From Azolla caroliniana (Eukaryota > Plantae > Polypodiophyta), in contig JBHGNT010000860.1 in the NCBI GenBank assembly GCA_043228905.1, positions 1 to 14,551 of the forward strand: a stretch of DNA of 14,551 nucleotides, given 5' to 3'. A program made the position numbers and the translations under genes. Below, piece by piece: positions 1 to 7,097 of the stretch; the first letter of the stretch is position 1, and each line of letters begins with the position of its first letter. The notes under the pieces were generated by a model. That model was not told the DNA's origin. It saw only the letters and a program-made list of their open reading frames with translations, and did not search any database.

Positions 1-106
1 CACGCATGTTTCACCTAGAAATGTTGTCCTTGAATGGTGCCACCTTCATATTCCTCCGGTGGTTGCAGCGTCCACAACGACGACGGATCTTGTAATCACA
101 ATGAAA

Positions 107-118
107 ACGCGTGTCGTC
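107..118 (+). promoter_or_regulatory. CE3-like ABA coupling element (also at 2242-2253, then every 2161 bp)
   Basis: ACGCGTGTCGTC matches the barley HVA1 CE3 element ACGCGTGTCCTC at 11/12 positions and lies about 500 bp upstream of the ATG. Confidence 0.45.
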
Positions 119-413
119 GTCCGTATGTTGGTCGCAATGGATTCTAAACCCCCTCGTGGCCACAACCACCGATAACGTTTTCGTGGAGAGAACCAACACC
201 CTAAAAACCTTTTCTCACCACCTTATCCTCGTTTTACGAGGCCCATACGCACTCTACAACCTCAATGGCATCACATGTGTAGGTGGCTATCATGAGGTTA
301 CATACTGTCTACGTTGCAATATGGACAAATGCCCAAGTGCATAATCCCACTCCTGGTGTGATGGAGGTGAGTATAGGGCTAGTGATATGGTAGGTCGAAG
401 CAGGAGGATCCTG

Positions 414-548
414 GACACGTAAAGGGGGGTGGATAAAAGTGAATGGTCTCTTCCGTGGCCCAAGTATGGATCATGCCATTAACGTCTATAGGAATGGACG
501 TGGGAAGGGACATGCATGTACTAGACATGCATGGCCTTGTGTATATAA
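414..548 (+). promoter_or_regulatory. Proximal maturation-type promoter, copy 1: ABRE + ACGT box + 2 RY elements + TATA
   Basis: GACACGTA 414-421 (TACGTGTC on the - strand, ABRE); GACGTGG 497-503; CATGCATG 511-518 and 526-533; TATATAA 542-548; initiator-like CTCA at 570-573. Confidence 0.8.
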
Positions 549-614
549 GGGTGGATCAACCATGACACACTCAAATAGGCGGAGAGAGAACCGGGGTAGT
601 TCCGAACACAAGCA

Positions 615-1652
615 ATGGCGAAGCTCACTATCATATTCCTCATGGCGGTTATCATGCTAGCCGCCTGCGGCGCGGCCAATGCTAGATCTGTAGGACGGGA
701 TCGCGAAGAGGAGAGGCGCGATCGACGTAGGGAGGAGGATGTCGACGAGGAGAGGCGCAGCGGACGTCGTGAGGGATCCATCGATGAGGGGCGCTACAGA
801 GACAACAAGAGAGAGTCGGATGAGGACCGGGATCGTCGCAGTCACGATCGCGATGAGCCACGTGAGGAGAGGCGCGATCGACGCAGGGAGGAGGATTTCG
901 ATGAGGAGAGGCGCGGGGGACGTCGCGAGGGGTCCATCGAGGAGGGGCGCTACGGAGACAACAAGAGAGAGTCCGAAGAGGAACGGGATCGTCGCGGTCG
1001 CGATCGTGATGAGTCACGTGACGAGAGGCGCGATCGACGCAGGGAGGAGGATGTCGAGCAGGAGAGGCGCGACCGACGTCGTGAAGGATCCCTCGATGAA
1101 GGACGTCGCAGAGACAACAAGAGAGAGTCCGAAGAGGAACGGGATCGTCGCGGCCGCGATCGCGATGAGCCACGAGACCGAGAGTTGAGGCAAGAGTGCC
1201 AAAACTTCGTCGATAGGCAGGTCCGCCACCTACAAGAACGTAATGAGAAGGAAGAACGTGGACGAAGCCGTCGCACCTCTTGGGATGAAATCAGCCGATA
1301 TGCAAGGCCCTCCGAAAGATGCTGCAGGAACGTGGAACAAATCCCCGTAGAAGAGCGTTGCAACCGCCTCCGCGAGGCCTTATACATTAGCGGAGAAGAG
1401 GCACGCAATGATGGTCACCGCCATAACCAAGTGTCAAGGGAACGTCGTCAATGGGAAGAGGATGCCGAGCGAGAGAGAGACAGTAGCGAGCGCGAGGAGG
1501 ACGAGCGCCGTTATCGCATGACCGGACGACAAGATGAGGAACAACGTCGTCGTTTCAAGGCCGGTGAGGAGGAACAACTTCTAAGCGTGGCAACCTCTCG
1601 CCTTCTCCAACAATGTGATCTTCGCCCACGCGCTTGTATTCGCCACTTTTAA
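615..1652 (+). CDS. Arg/Glu/Asp-rich 2S albumin-like (prolamin superfamily) storage protein precursor, copy 1, 345 aa
   Basis: Longest ORF, with a good plant start context (GCAATGGCG) 73 bp after the start of a TATA box. Hydrophobic signal peptide ends in A-N-A (residues 21-23). Cys skeleton C195, C236-C237, C249, C334, C341 includes LRQECQNFV, PSERCCRNVEQIPVEERC and LLQQCDLRPRAC. Intronless, as is typical of 2S albumin genes. Confidence 0.88.
   Translation: MAKLTIIFLMAVIMLAACGAANARSVGRDREEERRDRRREEDVDEERRSGRREGSIDEGRYRDNKRESDEDRDRRSHDRDEPREERRDRRREEDFDEERRGGRREGSIEEGRYGDNKRESEEERDRRGRDRDESRDERRDRRREEDVEQERRDRRREGSLDEGRRRDNKRESEEERDRRGRDRDEPRDRELRQECQNFVDRQVRHLQERNEKEERGRSRRTSWDEISRYARPSERCCRNVEQIPVEERCNRLREALYISGEEARNDGHRHNQVSRERRQWEEDAERERDSSEREEDERRYRMTGRQDEEQRRRFKAGEEEQLLSVATSRLLQQCDLRPRACIRHF
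708..1175 (+). repeat. Intragenic 3 x 156-bp (52-aa) imperfect tandem repeat, present in every gene copy (+2161 each)
   Basis: Units are 708-863, 864-1019 and 1020-1175 (residues 32-83, 84-135, 136-187). Each reads about EERRDRRREEDxxxERRxxRREGSxxEGRxxDNKRESxExRDRRxxDRDExR. Confidence 0.95.
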
Positions 1653-1780
1653 AGAACGTACATAACTTTTTCAACTATACACTTTCTGAACATCGTAAAT
1701 GTAAATGGTGTGCTCTGTGTGGTGTCTTGACGTTCTCATAACCCTCTCAATCATATTTCTCCCACGCTCGCGCACAACAT

Positions 1781-1797
1781 GCACGCACGCACGCACG
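1781..1797. repeat. (GCAC)4 microsatellite downstream of the gene, in each complete unit
   Basis: GCACGCACGCACGCACG, preceded by CAT so that it also forms CATGCAC. Confidence 0.85.
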
Positions 1798-1902
1798 ATC
1801 AGGTCGCGTGCCCTCGCTCGCTCATTGCACAAGCAAAATGAAACTCCACGCACACATGATTAGGTAACGTGCCCACACGCACACTACCCACTCCCACCCT
1901 AC

Positions 1903-1939
1903 CTATATCTATCTCTATCCATCTATCGCTATCTCTCTC
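1903..1939. repeat. Degenerate (TATC)n/(TC)n simple repeat, in each complete unit
   Basis: CTATATCTATCTCTATCCATCTATCGCTATCTCTCTC. Confidence 0.7.
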
Positions 1940-2454
1940 ACGAGCAACGCGAAACTCGTCAAACGTCGATGCCATCACAATGTTGTATTGAAGCCACCCT
2001 CATACAATGCCGTGTCTCGCCGTACCATGATGTGCGCAATAGTAGTGGCTGATCGTAACTCCTACTACAAACATGATTCCACATGAAATTCCCATGTCTA
2101 TCTACCATTTTCATCATCGTGTGAACCAACCAACCCACGCATGTTTCACCTAGAAATGTTGTCCTTGAATGGTGCCACCTTCATATTCCTCCGGTGGTTG
2201 CAGCGTCCACAACGACGACGGATCTTGTAATCACAATGAAAACGCGTGTCGTCGTCCGTATGTTGGTCGCAATGGATTCTAAACCCCCTCGTGGCCACAA
2301 CCACCGATAACGTTTTCGTGGAGAGAACCAACACCCTAAAAACCTTTTCTCACCACCTTATCCTCGTTTTACGAGGCCCATACGCACTCTACAACCTCAA
2401 TGGCATCACATGTGTAGGTGGCTATCATGAGGTTACATACTGTCTACGTTGCAA

Positions 2455-2473
2455 TATGGACGAAGCGTCCATA
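2455..2473. other. Perfect 8-bp inverted repeat with a 3-nt loop (units 2-7; destroyed in unit 1)
   Basis: TATGGACG-AAG-CGTCCATA. Confidence 0.8.
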
Positions 2474-2574
2474 GGTTAGTAGATTTGAAATGCCCAAGTG
2501 CATAATCCCACTCCTGGTGTGATGGAGGTGAGTATAGGGCTAGTGATATGGTAGGTCGAAGCAGGAGGATCCTG

Positions 2575-2709
2575 GACACGTAAAGGGGGGTGGATAAAAG
2601 TGAATGGTCTCTTCCGTGGCCCAAGTATGGATCATGCCATTAACGTCTATAGGAATGGACGTGGGAAGGGACATGCATGTACTAGACATGCATGGCCTTG
2701 TGTATATAA
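2575..2709 (+). promoter_or_regulatory. Proximal ABRE/RY/RY/TATA promoter, copy 2
   Basis: Same motifs as 414-548, shifted by 2161. Confidence 0.8.
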
Positions 2710-2775
2710 GGGTGGATCAACCATGACACACTCAAATAGGCGGAGAGAGAACCGGGGTAGTTCCGAACACAAGCA

Positions 2776-3813
2776 ATGGCGAAGCTCACTATCATATTCC
2801 TCATGGCGGTTATCATGCTAGCCGCCTGCGGCGCGGCCAATGCTAGATCTGTAGGACGGGATCGCGAAGAGGAGAGGCGCGATCGACGTAGGGAGGAGGA
2901 TGTCGACGAGGAGAGGCGCAGCGGACGTCGTGAGGGATCCATCGATGAGGGGCGCTACAGAGACAACAAGAGAGAGTCGGATGAGGACCGGGATCGTCGC
3001 AGTCACGATCGCGATGAGCCACGTGAGGAGAGGCGCGATCGACGCAGGGAGGAGGATTTCGATGAGGAGAGGCGCGGGGGACGTCGCGAGGGGTCCATCG
3101 AGGAGGGGCGCTACGGAGACAACAAGAGAGAGTCCGAAGAGGAACGGGATCGTCGCGGTCGCGATCGTGATGAGTCACGTGACGAGAGGCGCGATCGACG
3201 CAGGGAGGAGGATGTCGAGCAGGAGAGGCGCGACCGACGTCGTGAAGGATCCCTCGATGAAGGACGTCGCAGAGACAACAAGAGAGAGTCCGAAGAGGAA
3301 CGGGATCGTCGCGGCCGCGATCGCGATGAGCCACGAGACCGAGAGTTGAGGCAAGAGTGCCAAAACTTCGTCGATAGGCAGGTCCGCCACCTACAAGAAC
3401 GTAATGAGAAGGAAGAACGTGGACGAAGCCGTCGCACCTCTTGGGATGAAATCAGCCGATATGCAAGGCCCTCCGAAAGATGCTGCAGGAACGTGGAACA
3501 AATCCCCGTAGAAGAGCGTTGCAACCGCCTCCGCGAGGCCTTATACATTAGCGGAGAAGAGGCACGCAATGATGGTCACCGCCATAACCAAGTGTCAAGG
3601 GAACGTCGTCAATGGGAAGAGGATGCCGAGCGAGAGAGAGACAGTAGCGAGCGCGAGGAGGACGAGCGCCGTTATCGCATGACCGGACGACAAGATGAGG
3701 AACAACGTCGTCGTTTCAAGGCCGGTGAGGAGGAACAACTTCTAAGCGTGGCAACCTCTCGCCTTCTCCAACAATGTGATCTTCGCCCACGCGCTTGTAT
3801 TCGCCACTTTTAA
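2776..3813 (+). CDS. 2S albumin-like Arg-rich storage protein precursor, copy 2
   Basis: Translation identical to copy 1. Confidence 0.88.
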   Translation: MAKLTIIFLMAVIMLAACGAANARSVGRDREEERRDRRREEDVDEERRSGRREGSIDEGRYRDNKRESDEDRDRRSHDRDEPREERRDRRREEDFDEERRGGRREGSIEEGRYGDNKRESEEERDRRGRDRDESRDERRDRRREEDVEQERRDRRREGSLDEGRRRDNKRESEEERDRRGRDRDEPRDRELRQECQNFVDRQVRHLQERNEKEERGRSRRTSWDEISRYARPSERCCRNVEQIPVEERCNRLREALYISGEEARNDGHRHNQVSRERRQWEEDAERERDSSEREEDERRYRMTGRQDEEQRRRFKAGEEEQLLSVATSRLLQQCDLRPRACIRHF

Positions 3814-4735
3814 AGAACGTACATAACTTTTTCAACTATACACTTTCTGAACATCGTAAATGTAAATGGTGTGCTCTGTGTGGTGTCTTGACGTTCTCAT
3901 AACCCTCTCAATCATATTTCTCCCACGCTCGCGCACAACATGCACGCACGCACGCACGATCAGGTCGCGTGCCCTCGCTCGCTCATTGCACAAGCAAAAT
4001 GAAACTCCACGCACACATGATTAGGTAACGTGCCCACACGCACACTACCCACTCCCACCCTACCTATATCTATCTCTATCCATCTATCGCTATCTCTCTC
4101 ACGAGCAACGCGAAACTCGTCAAACGTCGATGCCATCACAATGTTGTATTGAAGCCACCCTCATACAATGCCGTGTCTCGCCGTACCATGATGTGCGCAA
4201 TAGTAGTGGCTGATCGTAACTCCTACTACAAACATGATTCCACATGAAATTCCCATGTCTATCTACCATTTTCATCATCGTGTGAACCAACCAACCCACG
4301 CATGTTTCACCTAGAAATGTTGTCCTTGAATGGTGCCACCTTCATATTCCTCCGGTGGTTGCAGCGTCCACAACGACGACGGATCTTGTAATCACAATGA
4401 AAACGCGTGTCGTCGTCCGTATGTTGGTCGCAATGGATTCTAAACCCCCTCGTGGCCACAACCACCGATAACGTTTTCGTGGAGAGAACCAACACCCTAA
4501 AAACCTTTTCTCACCACCTTATCCTCGTTTTACGAGGCCCATACGCACTCTACAACCTCAATGGCATCACATGTGTAGGTGGCTATCATGAGGTTACATA
4601 CTGTCTACGTTGCAATATGGACGAAGCGTCCATAGGTTAGTAGATTTGAAATGCCCAAGTGCATAATCCCACTCCTGGTGTGATGGAGGTGAGTATAGGG
4701 CTAGTGATATGGTAGGTCGAAGCAGGAGGATCCTG

Positions 4736-4870
4736 GACACGTAAAGGGGGGTGGATAAAAGTGAATGGTCTCTTCCGTGGCCCAAGTATGGATCATGCCA
4801 TTAACGTCTATAGGAATGGACGTGGGAAGGGACATGCATGTACTAGACATGCATGGCCTTGTGTATATAA
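4736..4870 (+). promoter_or_regulatory. Proximal ABRE/RY/RY/TATA promoter, copy 3
   Basis: Same motifs as 414-548. Confidence 0.8.
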
Positions 4871-4936
4871 GGGTGGATCAACCATGACACACTCAAATAG
4901 GCGGAGAGAGAACCGGGGTAGTTCCGAACACAAGCA

Positions 4937-5974
4937 ATGGCGAAGCTCACTATCATATTCCTCATGGCGGTTATCATGCTAGCCGCCTGCGGCGCGGCCA
5001 ATGCTAGATCTGTAGGACGGGATCGCGAAGAGGAGAGGCGCGATCGACGTAGGGAGGAGGATGTCGACGAGGAGAGGCGCAGCGGACGTCGTGAGGGATC
5101 CATCGATGAGGGGCGCTACAGAGACAACAAGAGAGAGTCGGATGAGGACCGGGATCGTCGCAGTCACGATCGCGATGAGCCACGTGAGGAGAGGCGCGAT
5201 CGACGCAGGGAGGAGGATTTCGATGAGGAGAGGCGCGGGGGACGTCGCGAGGGGTCCATCGAGGAGGGGCGCTACGGAGACAACAAGAGAGAGTCCGAAG
5301 AGGAACGGGATCGTCGCGGTCGCGATCGTGATGAGTCACGTGACGAGAGGCGCGATCGACGCAGGGAGGAGGATGTCGAGCAGGAGAGGCGCGACCGACG
5401 TCGTGAAGGATCCCTCGATGAAGGACGTCGCAGAGACAACAAGAGAGAGTCCGAAGAGGAACGGGATCGTCGCGGCCGCGATCGCGATGAGCCACGAGAC
5501 CGAGAGTTGAGGCAAGAGTGCCAAAACTTCGTCGATAGGCAGGTCCGCCACCTACAAGAACGTAATGAGAAGGAAGAACGTGGACGAAGCCGTCGCACCT
5601 CTTGGGATGAAATCAGCCGATATGCAAGGCCCTCCGAAAGATGCTGCAGGAACGTGGAACAAATCCCCGTAGAAGAGCGTTGCAACCGCCTCCGCGAGGC
5701 CTTATACATTAGCGGAGAAGAGGCACGCAATGATGGTCACCGCCATAACCAAGTGTCAAGGGAACGTCGTCAATGGGAAGAGGATGCCGAGCGAGAGAGA
5801 GACAGTAGCGAGCGCGAGGAGGACGAGCGCCGTTATCGCATGACCGGACGACAAGATGAGGAACAACGTCGTCGTTTCAAGGCCGGTGAGGAGGAACAAC
5901 TTCTAAGCGTGGCAACCTCTCGCCTTCTCCAACAATGTGATCTTCGCCCACGCGCTTGTATTCGCCACTTTTAA
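4937..5974 (+). CDS. 2S albumin-like Arg-rich storage protein precursor, copy 3
   Basis: Translation identical to copy 1. Confidence 0.88.
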   Translation: MAKLTIIFLMAVIMLAACGAANARSVGRDREEERRDRRREEDVDEERRSGRREGSIDEGRYRDNKRESDEDRDRRSHDRDEPREERRDRRREEDFDEERRGGRREGSIEEGRYGDNKRESEEERDRRGRDRDESRDERRDRRREEDVEQERRDRRREGSLDEGRRRDNKRESEEERDRRGRDRDEPRDRELRQECQNFVDRQVRHLQERNEKEERGRSRRTSWDEISRYARPSERCCRNVEQIPVEERCNRLREALYISGEEARNDGHRHNQVSRERRQWEEDAERERDSSEREEDERRYRMTGRQDEEQRRRFKAGEEEQLLSVATSRLLQQCDLRPRACIRHF

Positions 5975-6896
5975 AGAACGTACATAACTTTTTCAACTAT
6001 ACACTTTCTGAACATCGTAAATGTAAATGGTGTGCTCTGTGTGGTGTCTTGACGTTCTCATAACCCTCTCAATCATATTTCTCCCACGCTCGCGCACAAC
6101 ATGCACGCACGCACGCACGATCAGGTCGCGTGCCCTCGCTCGCTCATTGCACAAGAAAAATGAAACTCCACGCACACATGATTAGGTAACGTGCCCACAC
6201 GCACACTACCCACTCCCACCCTACCTATATCTATCTCTATCCATCTATCGCTATCTCTCTCACGAGCAACGCGAAACTCGTCAAACGTCGATGCCATCAC
6301 AATGTTGTATTGAAGCCACCCTCATACAATGCCGTGTCTCGCCGTACCATGATGTGCGCAATAGTAGTGGCTGATCGTAACTCCTACTACAAACATGATT
6401 CCACATGAAATTCCCATGTCTATCTACCATTTTCATCATCGTGTGAACCAACCAACCCACGCATGTTTCACCTAGAAATGTTGTCCTTGAATGGTGCCAC
6501 CTTCATATTCCTCCGGTGGTTGCAGCGTCCACAACGACGACGGATCTTGTAATCACAATGAAAACGCGTGTCGTCGTCCGTATGTTGGTCGCAATGGATT
6601 CTAAACCCCCTCGTGGCCACAACCACCGATAACGTTTTCGTGGAGAGAACCAACACCCTAAAAACCTTTTCTCACCACCTTATCCTCGTTTTACGAGGCC
6701 CATACGCACTCTACAACCTCAATGGCATCACATGTGTAGGTGGCTATCATGAGGTTACATACTGTCTACGTTGCAATATGGACGAAGCGTCCATAGGTTA
6801 GTAGATTTGAAATGCCCAAGTGCATAATCCCACTCCTGGTGTGATGGAGGTGAGTATAGGGCTAGTGATATGGTAGGTCGAAGCAGGAGGATCCTG

Positions 6897-7031
6897 GACA
6901 CGTAAAGGGGGGTGGATAAAAGTGAATGGTCTCTTCCGTGGCCCAAGTATGGATCATGCCATTAACGTCTATAGGAATGGACGTGGGAAGGGACATGCAT
7001 GTACTAGACATGCATGGCCTTGTGTATATAA
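6897..7031 (+). promoter_or_regulatory. Proximal ABRE/RY/RY/TATA promoter, copy 4
   Basis: Same motifs as 414-548. Confidence 0.8.
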
Positions 7032-7097
7032 GGGTGGATCAACCATGACACACTCAAATAGGCGGAGAGAGAACCGGGGTAGTTCCGAACACAAGCA

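Noticed and set aside
346-383. Possible Helitron 3' end (imperfect CACTCC...GGAGGTG hairpin followed by CTAGT), or the 2455-2473 hairpin, as the cause of tandem amplification
   Set aside because: The first hairpin is weak and its CTAG is followed by TG, not the TC expected at a head-to-tail Helitron junction. The perfect hairpin is followed by GTAG/TTAG rather than CTRR. No Rep/helicase, terminal repeats or target-site duplications are visible.
11-660. Short spacer ORFs (62, 77, 73 aa; also 60 aa at 1671-1853 and 63 aa at 2433-2624)
   Set aside because: They are short, mostly have non-ATG starts, overlap promoter motifs and microsatellites, and show no recognisable protein features. Their recurrence only reflects the array.
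562-660. Out-of-frame upstream ATG at 562 as a possible overlapping uORF
   Set aside because: It lies only 20 nt after the TATA start, so probably upstream of the transcription start (expected near 573). It would matter only in read-through transcripts.
657-668. L-A-A-C (residues 15-18) resembles a bacterial lipoprotein lipobox
   Set aside because: The context is eukaryotic: TATA box, RY/ABRE elements, no Shine-Dalgarno sequence before the ATG, and a prolamin-type Cys skeleton. An A-N-A signal peptidase I site follows at residues 21-23.
708-1175. Resemblance to RD/RE-rich nuclear splicing factors, trichohyalin-like proteins or a CRISPR-like array
   Set aside because: The similarity is compositional only. 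The protein has a signal peptide and an albumin-like Cys domain, and the repeats are contiguous in-frame units with no unique spacers.
521-1408. Overlapping antisense and alternative-frame ORFs (86, 62, 163, 149, 152, 71 aa) in every unit
   Set aside because: They are shadows of the repetitive, purine-rich, stop-poor R/E/D coding sequence and show no independent promoter or domain signal.
1940-2067. Short inverted repeats (ACGAG/CTCGT, TTGTAT/ATACAA, TAGTAG/CTACTA) as a structured RNA or MITE
   Set aside because: Stems of only 5-6 bp are expected by chance, and there is no long fold-back or terminal inverted repeat pair.
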